Position numbers and translations under genes: made by a program. Below, piece by piece: positions 9,551-19,805 of a stretch of DNA of 64,000 bases (positions are counted from its first letter, which is position 1; the number at the start of each line of letters is the position of its first letter). This DNA is from an uncultured delta proteobacterium (lineage in GTDB: Bacteria > Myxococcota_A > Polyangia > Polyangiales > Polyangiaceae): the NCBI GenBank assembly GCA_963850305.1, contig CAWKKR010000011.1, forward strand, positions 256,001-320,000, written 5' to 3'. The notes under the pieces were generated by a model, which was not told the origin of the DNA, made no database searches, and was given only the letters and a program-made list of their open reading frames with translations.

Positions 9551-10985
9551 GTGAAGAAGCCAACGAGCCTCCGGGCGATCCTGGCGACCGTGACCGTCCT
9601 CGTGACGGCGCTGGCGGTACTGAGTGCCGGGGCCCTCGTCGGAATGACGACCATCTTGCGCGAGACCACGGCGCGGAGCGGGACGTCAGTGGAAGCCGTG
9701 CGGCTCGCCGAGGAAATCCAGACGGATCTCTTGCTCCACGAGCGCGCGAAGGACCCGCTCCTCAAGCGGCAGATCGAGAGCGAGATGCGGCGCAAGGTCC
9801 TGGAGGCGCGACGATTCGTCACGGGCGAACGAGAAGCACGCAAGCTGGCCGAAGCCGAGTCGAAGGTCGACTCTTACGTGACTCTTGGCGGGGCAGACGT
9901 GAGTCCCGCCGGACACGAGGCTCGGCAGGGCGCTGCCTACGATGCGCTCGAAGAGCTGGTGATCATCAACGTGGAGCAGTCGAAGGCGGCCGAGCGGGAC
10001 GCCGCCCGCTGGAACACCGTCGGCAACGCCGTCGGCGGCGTTTGCGGGGCGCTCGTGGTGCTCGTCGCGACTGCCCTGGTTGCGTGGTTGAGCGGGCGCG
10101 CCTTCAAGCCAATCATCGGGCTCGCGTCGGCGATGGATCGGTTCGGACGCGGAGACCGCGACGTGCGCGCGGCCGAGGATGGCCCGAGCGAGATCCGCGA
10201 GATGTGTCGTCGCTTCAATCAAATGGCGTCAGTGATCGCTGTCCAGCGATCCGCGCAAATCGCCTTCCTGGGGGGCGTCGCTCACGACCTTCGGAACCCG
10301 CTGTCGGTCCTGCGGATGTCGGTCCCGTTGCTCGCGTCGGGAGACCGGCCTCCGCCTGCGGAGAGGCTGACTCGCACCGTCGAGAAGATCGACCGGCAAA
10401 TCACGCGCATGGAGCGCATGCTCGGGGACTTCCTCGACGTCGCCAAGAATCGAAGCCGGTGAGCTCGAGCTCCGGCTCGACGTACACGATGCAAGAGCGC
10501 TCGTCCTCGACGTCGCGAGGCTGTTCGATGGCGTCGCGCCGGAGCATCGGCTCGAGGTTCGAGTGCCCGACGACTTCACTCCAGTGTGCTGCGATCAACT
10601 TCGCATCGAGCAGGTGCTGACCAACCTGATCAGCAATGCCCTCAAGTACTCGCCAGGCGGGAGCAAGGTCGAGGTCGTGTTGAAGCCGCGAGAGGACGAG
10701 CTCGAGCTAAGCGTCGTCGACCACGGGGTCGGCATCGCGGAGAACGACCGAGCAAGGATGTTCGAACCGTTCCGCCGAATCGGATTGTCCGCGGGAACGG
10801 TGCCCGGCGTGGGGCTCGGGCTCTTCGTCGTTCGCAAGATCATCGACGCTCATCGGGGTCGCATCGAGGTGGAGAGCGTGGTCGGTTCGGGGTCCGAGTT
10901 TCGCGTCTTCCTACCGGCATCGCACGAAAGCATCGTACGGTGCGGCTCGTGCACGGGAGTCTCGACGGCGTCGAACGGATCGTGA
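9551..10985 (+). CDS. HAMP sensor histidine kinase, frameshift near 10448
   Basis: Two TM helices, HAMP, VAHDLRNPL H-box; NLISNALKYS, DHGVGI, GLGL in the next frame. Confidence 0.85.
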
Positions 10986-11064
10986 CCGGTCGAAACGGCA
11001 CGCTCCGCTCGCCGTTCGGCGCGCCCATGCGACCGACCCCGCGGCGCCGGGACGAGGTGAGCCC

Positions 11065-12300
11065 GTGACCGGCGTGGAACTCGTCGCCGTTTTCGTGTCG
11101 CTCGCCGCCGTGCTCGCCTACGTCAATGCGCGAGCTCTCCGGCTCCCTTCGGCGATCGGACTGATGGCGCTCGCGCTCTTCGTGTCGTTCGCCGTCGTCG
11201 GGCTCGGCAAGTACGGGATCATCGACGCATCGCGGGTGCAGGGGCTCGTGGCGCGCGCCGATTTCTCCGACGCCCTGATGCACGGCGCGCTCGGCCTGCT
11301 CCTCTTCGCAGGCGCTCTCCACGTGGACATCGTCGACCTCGTGGCGCAGAGAAGCTCGATCGCGACGCTCGCGCTCGGCAGCACGCTCCTCTCGACGGCG
11401 ATCGTCGGCGCTGCGACGTTCGTACTCTTGCGCTCCCTTGGCCACGACATCGATCTCGCGGATGCGTTTCTGTTCGGCGCCCTCATCTCGCCCACCGATC
11501 CGATCGCCGTTCTCGGGATTCTCAGGTCGGCGAAGGCCCCGACCGAGCTGGCCGTGCAGATCAGCGGCGAGTCCCTGTTCAACGACGGCATCGGCGTCGT
11601 GCTCTTCATGACGATCAGCGAAGCGTCGCGCAGCGGCCACGTCACGGGCACGGGAATGGCGCTGCTGTTCGCTCGCGAGACGCTCGGCGGCGCGGCGTTC
11701 GGACTCGCCCTCGGTTACCTGGGCTTTCGACTCCTGCGGAGCATCGACGATTACTCGGTGGAGGTATTGATCACACTCGCCGTCGCCCTCGGCGGTTATG
11801 CCCTCGGCGAGCGACTTCACGTGTCGGCGCCGATCGCCGCGGTCGTCGCCGGGCTCATCGTCGGCAACCAAGGCCGGAGACTCGCGATGTCGAAGCTGAC
11901 GCGGGAGCACGTGGACGTGTTCTGGAAACTCGTCGACGAGATCTTGAACGCCATCTTGTTCCTCGCGCTCGGGCTCGAAGCGACCCGCCTGACGGTCGGC
12001 CCGGGGATGCTGCTGGCGGCGGGGCTCGTCGTGCTCATCGTGCTCGGTGCGCGCTTGATCTCGGTGGCGATACCGGTGTCGCTGCTCCGGATGCGCAGCA
12101 AGTTCCCTCCGCACGCCGTGAAGATCTTGACCTGGGGGGGCCTCAGAGGAGGCATCTCCGTGGCCCTGGCCCTGTCTCTCCGGAACGGTCTCTTCGGCGA
12201 TCGAATCGTGCTCCTCACCTACGCCGTCGTGGCTTGTTCGATCCTCGTCCAGGGTCTTTCCCTGGGCCGCGTCGTGCGCCACCTCGGGAGCGGCGCGTGA
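11065..12300 (+). CDS. nhaP: Na+/H+ antiporter, CPA1/NhaP family
   Basis: LLFAGAL, ALISPTDPIAV, GESLFNDG, WGGLRGGIS. Confidence 0.9.
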   Translation: MTGVELVAVFVSLAAVLAYVNARALRLPSAIGLMALALFVSFAVVGLGKYGIIDASRVQGLVARADFSDALMHGALGLLLFAGALHVDIVDLVAQRSSIATLALGSTLLSTAIVGAATFVLLRSLGHDIDLADAFLFGALISPTDPIAVLGILRSAKAPTELAVQISGESLFNDGIGVVLFMTISEASRSGHVTGTGMALLFARETLGGAAFGLALGYLGFRLLRSIDDYSVEVLITLAVALGGYALGERLHVSAPIAAVVAGLIVGNQGRRLAMSKLTREHVDVFWKLVDEILNAILFLALGLEATRLTVGPGMLLAAGLVVLIVLGARLISVAIPVSLLRMRSKFPPHAVKILTWGGLRGGISVALALSLRNGLFGDRIVLLTYAVVACSILVQGLSLGRVVRHLGSGA

Positions 12301-12316
12301 GGCTCACGCATTGCCG

Positions 12317-13153
12317 TCAGACGGGCTCGCCGACGGCACCAGGCGATTCCTCGGCGGAAACCGACGCTTTCACCGGACCATGGGTGAGATACAGCGCAAG
12401 CCCCGTGAACACGAAGCCGCCCACGACGTTGCCGAGCGTGACGGGGATCTGATTCCAGAGCCACCAGTCGGATAGCGAGACCTTCGCGCCCAGCATCATG
12501 CCGGTCGGGATGACGAACATGTTGACGATGGAGTGTTCGAAGCCTTGCGCGAAGAAGATGAAGATCGGAAGCCAGCAGCCGACGATTTTTCCGGCGGTCG
12601 AGGTGGATGCCATGCCCATCACGACGCCCAGACACACCATCCAGTTGCACAGGATGGCTTTCACGAACGCCGTGGCCCAGCCCGCGGCTCCGAAATGGGC
12701 GTACCCGAGCGTCTTCGCCTCGGCGATGGCGACAATCTTCTCTCCCACGCCCGTGGCCGCAACGTGACCGAAGTCCGTGAGCGCGACGTAGAGCAGCGCT
12801 CCGTAAAAGACGCTCCCGAGCAGGTTGCCGAACAGCACCCAGAAGAGATTGGCGATCATCTTCCCTGGCGCGAGCTTGCCTTCCATCGCCGCGAGCGGAA
12901 GGAGCGAGAAGCTGCCCGTCGCGAGCTCGAGGCCCAGAACGATGATCATCGCGAACCCGACCGGGAAGACCAGAGCGCCGACGAGCGGCATCTTGGTCTG
13001 CACGATCGCGCCGATGGCGAGGCTCGTCGCGTAGCCGAGCAACGCGCCGGAGAGAAAGCCGCGAATGACCAGGTCCTTGGTCGGTAGCGCGCCCTTCGTC
13101 GCGCCCGTGTTCACCATGTTCTTCACGACCTCGATCGGATTGACGTAGTCCAT
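12317..13153 (-). CDS. Formate/nitrite transporter (FNT) family channel
   Basis: FPVGF, LELATG, GNLLG, KAILCNWMVC, FEHSIVNM, VTLGNVVGG. Confidence 0.92.
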   Translation of the reverse strand: MDYVNPIEVVKNMVNTGATKGALPTKDLVIRGFLSGALLGYATSLAIGAIVQTKMPLVGALVFPVGFAMIIVLGLELATGSFSLLPLAAMEGKLAPGKMIANLFWVLFGNLLGSVFYGALLYVALTDFGHVAATGVGEKIVAIAEAKTLGYAHFGAAGWATAFVKAILCNWMVCLGVVMGMASTSTAGKIVGCWLPIFIFFAQGFEHSIVNMFVIPTGMMLGAKVSLSDWWLWNQIPVTLGNVVGGFVFTGLALYLTHGPVKASVSAEESPGAVGEPV

Positions 13154-13171
13154 GGGCTTTGACCTTCGCTC

Positions 13172-13187
13172 AGCAACCCTCGTGCCA
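13172..13187 (-). promoter_or_regulatory. Sigma54 (-24/-12) promoter of the FNT gene
   Basis: Minus strand TGGCACGAGGGTTGCT matches TGGCAC-N5-TTGC, about 20 bp before the ATG. Confidence 0.8.
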
Positions 13188-13293
13188 CGGCCTTCGATCC
13201 GCGCTTCGCAGGCTCGGCTCCCCCCAAAGCGTGCTCCGGTCATGGCCCCGAGACGGAACCGACATCTTCGATGCTTCGGCTGCAATCTTGCCC

Positions 13294-13344
13294 GACAAAT
13301 CTGTCGTGACCCTGGACGCCGCACGGACAAATTTGTCGCGACCC
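13294..13344. promoter_or_regulatory. Two palindromic sites, candidate enhancer-binding-protein sites
   Basis: GACAAATCTGTCGTGACCC at 13294 and GACAAATTTGTCGCGACCC at 13326, 32 bp apart. Confidence 0.6.
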
Positions 13345-13370
13345 CGTGACGTCGTGTACGTCTCGGGCGA

Positions 13371-15107
13371 ATGTTCGGGATGTTCCCGGTGCTCGGCGCG
13401 CTCGGGCTCCTCTACTGGCTCACGGCCGCGACGACCGTGCTCGGCGCCGACAACGGCGAGTTCTGCACGCTGTTCGCGACGGGCGGCGTCGCGCACCCGA
13501 GCGGCTATCCGCTCTACGTCCTCTTGCTGCGGGCGTTCGCGTGGCTCCCGGCTCCGACGCCGGCGCACGGCGCCGCGATCGTCACCGCGGGCATCGGGCT
13601 CGGCGCCGCGGTGCTCCTGTTTCACGCCTGTCGCGCGTGGGGCTCCGGCGCGAGCGCCGCCGCACTCGCCGCGGTCGTCTACGCGCTTTCGCCCGTCGCG
13701 TGGGATCTGTCGACTCAAGCCGAGGTCTTCGCGCTGAATGCCGCAATCGCCGCCGCCATCCTCTGGCTCGCTGCGCCGGAAGGCCCCGCACGCGGTGTCG
13801 CGCGCGTCGCGTGGCTCGGCGCGCTCGCGGGCCTCGGGTTGTCGGACCACCACACGATCGTGCTGCTCGCGCCCGTGGGCCTTTACGGCGCAGCACTCGG
13901 AGCCCGCGAATCGACGGAGCCACTCCGGGCCTGGCTTCTGGGTGCTGGTGCGCTTTTGTTGGGGCTCTTGCCCTATGGGACGCTTCCCCTGTTCGCGCGC
14001 GGCGACCCTCTGACCCATTTCGTCTGGGGGGACGTCACCACGCTGCGCGGCATCGTCGCGCACTTCCGCCGCGCGGACTACGGCACGACGACGCTCGCGC
14101 TCGGTAACGCGCCTCTGCGCCCGCTCGCGCAGCTCATGGCGCTCGCAAGGCGGCTCTTCGTCGACCTGCGCGTCGTGCCGCCGCTCATCGGCGTCGCGGT
14201 TCTCGTTGCGAAGTGCGCCGGGCGTGGCGTCGCGAATCGCACCGAGCGCGTCGCGTTCGTGAGCCTCGCCGCGGCGTTTCTGCTCGCGGGGCCGCTGTTC
14301 GTCCTCTTCATGAACGTGCCCGCCACGCCGGAGGGCGCCGCCATCGTGCGGAGGTTTCATCTGCTCCCCGCGCTGCTCCTCTGCGTGCCCTTCGCCGTCG
14401 GAGCCGAGGCGCTGCTCGGCCGCGCGAGCGCGCTCCTTCGAGGCGCGGCGATTGCCGGCGTGATCTGTCTCGATGTGTGGCTCGGCTTGCCGGGAATCGC
14501 GAACGAGCGCCGGCCCATGCTCGAGAACTACGTCCTCGACACACTCGCGACCGTGCCGGAGAACGCGGTCGTGTTCGGCAGCGGCGACGAGCGCGTCTTC
14601 GGCTTCCTCTACGCGAAGCTCGGGCTCGGAGTCCGCCGCGACGTGACGTTCGTCAGTCCCATCTTGCTCCACTACGGCTGGTATCACCGCCGCGTCGAAG
14701 CCGAGCTCGGCATGACGCTCCCCGGACCGAAGCACGGCTCTATCAGCACGGTCGACCTCGCGGCGACCGTCCTGAGCCACGGCCGTCCGCTGTTCCTCGC
14801 GGACGCGGGCACCGGCGCGATCCTCCGCGCCTTTGCGACGTTCCCCGTCGGCACGGTGATCGTCGTACTGCCGCCGGGAGCAAGCCCGCCGCCACCGGAT
14901 GCCCTCGAACGAACGAACGTCGCGCTCTACGCGCGTTACCGCATCGATCCGAGCGTGCGCAACGCGCGCCAAGCGTGGACCGCCGGCCCGCGCCAGGCGT
15001 ACGCGCGCCCCTGGTACACCCTCGCCGCCGCGTTCGGAGCGCGCGGGGACGCCGCGGGAGCCGCGCGCAACGCCGACCGCGCCGCGGCCATCGACGTCCC
15101 GCGGTGA
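13371..15107 (+). CDS. DUF2723/TMEM260-like membrane protein, putative protein O-mannosyltransferase
   Basis: DNGEF...GVAHPSGYPLY, AEVFALN, GLSDHHT, WGD...HFRRADYG. Confidence 0.8.
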   Translation: MFGMFPVLGALGLLYWLTAATTVLGADNGEFCTLFATGGVAHPSGYPLYVLLLRAFAWLPAPTPAHGAAIVTAGIGLGAAVLLFHACRAWGSGASAAALAAVVYALSPVAWDLSTQAEVFALNAAIAAAILWLAAPEGPARGVARVAWLGALAGLGLSDHHTIVLLAPVGLYGAALGARESTEPLRAWLLGAGALLLGLLPYGTLPLFARGDPLTHFVWGDVTTLRGIVAHFRRADYGTTTLALGNAPLRPLAQLMALARRLFVDLRVVPPLIGVAVLVAKCAGRGVANRTERVAFVSLAAAFLLAGPLFVLFMNVPATPEGAAIVRRFHLLPALLLCVPFAVGAEALLGRASALLRGAAIAGVICLDVWLGLPGIANERRPMLENYVLDTLATVPENAVVFGSGDERVFGFLYAKLGLGVRRDVTFVSPILLHYGWYHRRVEAELGMTLPGPKHGSISTVDLAATVLSHGRPLFLADAGTGAILRAFATFPVGTVIVVLPPGASPPPPDALERTNVALYARYRIDPSVRNARQAWTAGPRQAYARPWYTLAAAFGARGDAAGAARNADRAAAIDVPR

Positions 15108-15139
15108 GTCGGGAGAGCGGTAGTCAGCCGATCTTGATC

Positions 15140-15400
15140 TGACGCGTAGTCGCGGAACGCTCGCTCGACGAGCTTCAAAAAAGCGCGCCCGCCGGCCTCC
15201 GAAAGTAACGATTTCCGTGTCGCGCAAGCGATATGCCTTTGCGAGCTTCTCGCACGCATCCGCGCGGAAGCTTGAGCTCACCGTTCTTGAGCTGCTCGTG
15301 CTCCTCCGGCGTAATCTCCGCGATCACGGTCGGGCTGGGCGTGTCCCTCGTTGGTGCGAAGGCGAACGGCTCGATACTTCCAGTCGCCACGGTATTGGCG
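15140..15400 (-). pseudogene. Collapsed remnants of a small two-gene module (possibly HEPN-like toxin-antitoxin)
   Basis: Protein-like fragments in different frames: NTVATGSIEPFAF..TVIAEITPEEHEQLKNGELKLP; ACEKLAKAYRL; LLSEAGGRAFLKLVERAF. Confidence 0.4.
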
Positions 15401-15728
15401 TTGTAGAGCGGACAGGCCGTCGCTCCGTCGAGTCTCTTCTCCGCCGACCGCGACAGATCGGTCGCGGCGCGGGCACCTGGAACAGCGTTGCGGGTTCGAC
15501 GCAGAGTGCGTTTCCGTATTCCAGATGACCTGGCTCACCCACTGCGCCGAGGTCCTTGAGTTTGGCCATCGGGCGCGCAGCGTTTCGCGTGTGACGCCGA
15601 TGCCGGGGGCCGTTGACTGCGGTGGGACAGGAGCTGCGCGGCTGGTATCGGTGCCCCACGCTTCGGACATGCGTTCGCGGCGGTCAAACTCCGCCGAGCC
15701 GGCCTTTTTCCCCGCGCGCGCTACGATG

Positions 15729-16045
15729 AGCTCCCTTTGGCTCGACTCGAGCCGTCCGGAGCTTGGCCAAGCTCCCGCCGGCTTGGTTCGAGCCTCTTGC
15801 GAGCTCAAATAAGCTCCCTTTGGCTCGACTCGAGCCATCCGGGGCTCGGCCAAGCTCCCGCCGGCTTGGTTCGAGCCTCTTGCGAGCTCAAATAAGCTCG
15901 CCTTGGCTCGACTCGAGCCATCCGGAGCTAAAATAAGCAAATTCCGGCTCGACCCGAGCGATCGGGAGGCAGCCGTGAGCTCGCTTTGGCTCGACTCGAG
16001 CCATCCGGAGCTAAAACGAAGGCAGCACCGGCTCACAGTGAGCCA
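15729..16045. repeat. Tandem array of about 8 units of 41/42 bp with palindromic core GGCTCG-N3-CGAGCC
   Basis: Cores at 15739, 15780, 15822, 15863, 15905, 15946, 15988, 16030; 83-bp higher-order duplication. Confidence 0.9.
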
Positions 16046-17004
16046 TCAGGCGCAAATCCGAGCTTCTCGGGGGGGGACGCGCCGGGCCCGGGGCGCTTTT
16101 GCAGCCGCAGGTGGTGCCAGAGGAGCATCTCGAGCGTGCCGACCTCTCGGAGGAAGATCTGGTCGTGCCCGCCGGGCAGAGTGTCGAAGTCATGCGGGAC
16201 ATGGAGCTCGGCCAGACGCTTGCTCAGGGCCTGGTGCACCGGGTACGTCGGATCCCAGTACGAAGATTCGACGTGGACGGCGCGGGGACCGAGGCGGTCG
16301 ATGATCGCACGCAGCGCGGCCGCGTAGCGCTGCGCCGTGAAGTCGCCGATCGCGGCCTGGACCGTGCCCACGGCACCGAAGAGCTCGGGCTTGCGGAGAA
16401 AGACTTCCATCGCGACGAAGCCACCGAGGGAACAGCCGTCGAGAGCCGTGCCGACCACGTCGGTGGTCGCGGGGGCGTTCGCGCGGACGGCGGGGAGCAA
16501 CGTGGTCGCGATCCAGGCGGCGTAGTGGTCGAGCGCGACGGACGGGTAGGGAAACTCGTAGACGTTGGGCGTCACCGGGCAGACGAGGACGAATCCGCGG
16601 TACGGGTTCCGGGCGAGCAGCGCGTCGATGGCCTGCGCGCGTGCATCGGACAGGTAACGGCGCGCGCCGGTCACGGGCGGGTGGCGCAGATGCGTGTCGG
16701 CAGCGACGAGGCCGTAACGATCGGCCCACGCATGCACGCCGAGCTCTTCATTGTCGGTCTCGCCGAGTCCGTGGAGGAGCACGAGCACGGGGAATCTCTC
16801 GTCCGGACCGTGGACTCTGGGCGAGAGAACGAGCGCCCGCCGAGCGAGCTTCCGCTCCCCGTCGAGATGCAAATCCTGGACGACGAGGTCGTCGGAGTGG
16901 GCGCGGAGCGCCGCGGCTCGTCCAGGGCCTGCGACGGCGAGCGCCGCGCAGGACCCCAAAAACCTGCGACGACCGAAAGCGATGCTGCGACGTCGGCGGA
17001 TCAC
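16033..17004 (-). CDS. Tat-exported esterase (alpha/beta hydrolase)
   Basis: RRRFL signal, VLLHGLGE, GCSLGG, PGGH. Confidence 0.78.
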   Translation of the reverse strand: MIRRRRSIAFGRRRFLGSCAALAVAGPGRAAALRAHSDDLVVQDLHLDGERKLARRALVLSPRVHGPDERFPVLVLLHGLGETDNEELGVHAWADRYGLVAADTHLRHPPVTGARRYLSDARAQAIDALLARNPYRGFVLVCPVTPNVYEFPYPSVALDHYAAWIATTLLPAVRANAPATTDVVGTALDGCSLGGFVAMEVFLRKPELFGAVGTVQAAIGDFTAQRYAAALRAIIDRLGPRAVHVESSYWDPTYPVHQALSKRLAELHVPHDFDTLPGGHDQIFLREVGTLEMLLWHHLRLQKRPGPGASPPEKLGFAPDGSL

Positions 17005-17104
17005 GCTGAAATCCCTGTGCTATTCAACGGTCCATGACGCGCGAGGCCCCCGCACGCCACGGATTACTTGTGCCCGGTCCGACACTGCTACAAAACCAGA
17101 AACC

Positions 17105-17896
17105 ATGAGAATTCTTTTCTCTTCTTTGTTGTTCCTGGTGGCCACGTCCTGCTCCGCGAAGAGCGAGGACACGAAACTGAACGATATTCCGGGTTTCTGC
17201 AGCGAGTGGGCCATGGACGCCTGCAACGGGACGGTCACGTCGCTCTGCGGGTCGACGACGGCGTCGTGTCTCTCCGCGCAGCAAACCTTCTGCGAGTCCA
17301 TCGTGCCGACGGCAAAGTACACGCCGGCGGGCGCGCCGCAGTGCCTGAAGGCCGTGACCGCCGCGTACAAGGACGGGACGCTCACCGCTGACGAGCGCGA
17401 CACGGTGCTGCGGCTCGGCAACGATTGCGCGGCCATTCTCTCGGGGCCGGGCGAGACCGACTCACCCTGCGGCGTGACCAGCGACTGCGATACGACGGCA
17501 GGCCTCTCGTGCGTGACGAAGGGACTCGACACGACGGGGAGCTGCCGAATCCCGGTGATGGTCGGCCCCGGCCTCTCTTGCTCGGAGCCGGACCAGACCT
17601 GCAGCGCGGGCTTCTACTGCGACGGGCAGCATTGCGTGGGCGGAAACCCCGCGGGAGACGCCTGCTCGGCGGCGGTTCCGTGCGGCGCGGGCTCGCATTG
17701 CGTCGCGGGTGGGGCCGACGGGGGCGTCACGGGCTCGGTGTGCGTGACGAGCGTCACGACCGGAAGCTGCGACAGCGACGTCGACTGTGCGGCGCGGCTC
17801 TGCTCGGTGCCCGCGGGCGCCACCACGGGCCGGTGCGTGTCCAACGCGCCGCCGCTCGCCGCGACGGATCAACTCTGCGCCAACCTGGGTAGCTGA
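17105..17896 (+). CDS. Cys-rich lipoprotein
   Basis: Signal peptide ending ATSC; many Cys repeats. Confidence 0.75.
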   Translation: MRILFSSLLFLVATSCSAKSEDTKLNDIPGFCSEWAMDACNGTVTSLCGSTTASCLSAQQTFCESIVPTAKYTPAGAPQCLKAVTAAYKDGTLTADERDTVLRLGNDCAAILSGPGETDSPCGVTSDCDTTAGLSCVTKGLDTTGSCRIPVMVGPGLSCSEPDQTCSAGFYCDGQHCVGGNPAGDACSAAVPCGAGSHCVAGGADGGVTGSVCVTSVTTGSCDSDVDCAARLCSVPAGATTGRCVSNAPPLAATDQLCANLGS

Positions 17897-17903
17897 GCGA
17901 ACG

Positions 17904-18656
17904 ATGCGACGGTTCGAGAGGACTCTGTTCGTGGTCGCGCTCTCGACCGTCGCGATCGGTTGCGACGACAAGGCGGCTCCGACTCCCGCGGCGCCCGCGG
18001 CGACGGCGACGGAAGCGCCGGCGGTCGCTGCTCCGCCTCCGCAGCCGAAGGGCCCTCCGGAGTTCAGCGTATCCGCCGGGGGCGCGAAGATTGGCTGGAC
18101 GTACTTCGGGGGCGCGGACACGGAGAAGAAGCTTGGCGCGGAGATCGCGGAGGACAAGGAGTTCGTGGCCGGGAAGAACGTCGCGGTGAACGTGGACCGG
18201 CAAGCAAAGCTCGGCATGGTCGCGACGATGCTGCACGCGCTCGAAGACGGCGGCGCGACGTCCATGACGATCACGACGGACTCGCGTCCCGAGTATCCGA
18301 AGACCGTGACGTTCGTGACGCGAGCGGCGGGCAGATCGGCTCCCGAATGCAGCGTGGTCGCGGAGGTGCTCGCCGAGCGCAAGAACGCGGTCTGGAGCCT
18401 GAGGGGTGGGACCGCAATCAAGAGCTCGAAGGGCCTCGCGGGGCCGGACATGGTCGTGACCGCGGATCACCTGCAGAGCGCGGCGAAGCGCTGCAAAGAG
18501 TCGAGCTTCGTCTTCGTCTCGGCCGAAGAGGGGGTCGAATGGGGCCTCGTGTACGACCTCGCCGCCGCAAGCCAGGTGCTGGAAAAAGCGAAGCTCGACA
18601 AGGTCGTTCTGCTGTACCCGGCGCCGATTGCCGGACGGCCGGTGAAGGTGGAGTGA
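17904..18656 (+). CDS. Lipoprotein with ExbD/TolR-like periplasmic segments
   Basis: Lipobox AIGC, Pro/Ala linker, VNVDRQAKLGMV..L..GGA and VSAEEGVEWGLVYDL patterns. Confidence 0.6.
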   Translation: MRRFERTLFVVALSTVAIGCDDKAAPTPAAPAATATEAPAVAAPPPQPKGPPEFSVSAGGAKIGWTYFGGADTEKKLGAEIAEDKEFVAGKNVAVNVDRQAKLGMVATMLHALEDGGATSMTITTDSRPEYPKTVTFVTRAAGRSAPECSVVAEVLAERKNAVWSLRGGTAIKSSKGLAGPDMVVTADHLQSAAKRCKESSFVFVSAEEGVEWGLVYDLAAASQVLEKAKLDKVVLLYPAPIAGRPVKVE

Positions 18657-18716
18657 CTCGCCCCGCTTGACCCAGCGAGGGACCCGCAGCACGTTCCGGC
18701 CCCGGAAAGGTCGGTC

Positions 18717-19805
18717 GTGGCTTCCCGCAAGAGTTCAAAGTCCAAGAGCAAGCGCAAGCGCGCCGCTTCGCACGCCGAGGAACCGGAGAAGGAAACCGAG
18801 GACGGCGAGGGCGAGAGCAATGGCGACGGCGACACGGGCGCCGCGAACGACGACGACCTCGTCGCCGAGGTGGCCGCGGACGGCGAACCCGAAGGCGTCG
18901 ACGACTCCGCGCTCGAGAAGATTTCGCGCAAGGATCGCTCTGCCGGCGCCATCACGCGCGTGGACCCGCTGCAGCTCTACATGAGCGAGGTCCAGAAGCA
19001 CGCGCTCCTCACGCCGGAGGAGGAGCACAGCCTCGCGGTCGCGTACGCCAAGGCGGGGGACGTCAAGGCCGCCGCCCGGCTCGTCACGGCGAACCTGCGG
19101 CTGGTGGTGAAGCTCGCGTACGAATATCGCCGCGCGTACAAGAACATCATGGACCTGATCCAGGAGGGGAACATCGGGCTCATGCAGGCGGTGAAGCGCT
19201 ACGACCCCTACCGCGGCGTGAAGCTCTCGAGCTACGCGGCGTGGTGGATCCGGGCGTACATGCTCCGGTTCATCCTGAACAACTGGCGCCTCGTGAAGAT
19301 CGGGACGACGCAGGCGCAACGGCGGCTGTTCTTCAACCTGAACAAGGAGAAGGCGCGACTGACGGCGATGGGCATAGAGCCCACGCACGCGACGATCGCG
19401 ACGAACCTCCGCGTGGAAGAGAAAGAAGTCGTCGAGATGGATCGGCGGCTCTCGCGCGGTGACGCGTCGCTCGACGCACCCATGGGCGACGCCGACGGGC
19501 GCCAGACGACGCGGATGGAGCTCCTCCCTTCCTCGAACGAAGGCCCGGACACCGCGGCGGAGAGCGCGGAGCTGTCCGAGCTCGTCCGCGCGCAACTGGA
19601 CGAGTTCCGGAAGACGCTCGCGGGCAAGGAGCTCGACATCTTCGACAAGCGGCTCGTGGCGGAAGAGCCGCTCACCTTGCAGGAGCTCGGGGACCAGTTC
19701 GGCGTCTCGCGCGAGCGCGTGCGGCAGCTGGAGGCGCGGCTCACGGGCAGGCTTCGCACCTTTCTCCAGGGCACGCTCGGCGACGCCGTCGAGGTCGGGA
19801 ACTGA
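18717..19805 (+). CDS. RpoH (sigma32)-family RNA polymerase sigma factor
   Basis: [27 protein letters not shown], RpoH box [21 protein letters not shown]; acidic N-terminal extension. Confidence 0.92.
   Translation: MASRKSSKSKSKRKRAASHAEEPEKETEDGEGESNGDGDTGAANDDDLVAEVAADGEPEGVDDSALEKISRKDRSAGAITRVDPLQLYMSEVQKHALLTPEEEHSLAVAYAKAGDVKAAARLVTANLRLVVKLAYEYRRAYKNIMDLIQEGNIGLMQAVKRYDPYRGVKLSSYAAWWIRAYMLRFILNNWRLVKIGTTQAQRRLFFNLNKEKARLTAMGIEPTHATIATNLRVEEKEVVEMDRRLSRGDASLDAPMGDADGRQTTRMELLPSSNEGPDTAAESAELSELVRAQLDEFRKTLAGKELDIFDKRLVAEEPLTLQELGDQFGVSRERVRQLEARLTGRLRTFLQGTLGDAVEVGN

Noticed and set aside
13170..15281. Long antisense and alternative-frame ORFs (e.g. 13170-15281, 34220-36226, 24230-25558, 10840-12282)
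   Set aside because: Arg/Ala/Gly-rich shadows of real genes, expected in high-GC DNA.
15278..16036. 252-aa ORF over the repeat array
   Set aside because: The translation only reflects the DNA repeat in shifting frames; no protein-like features or credible start.
15729..16045. CRISPR array
   Set aside because: Period is only 41-42 bp, linkers are duplicated rather than unique, and no cas genes are in the window.
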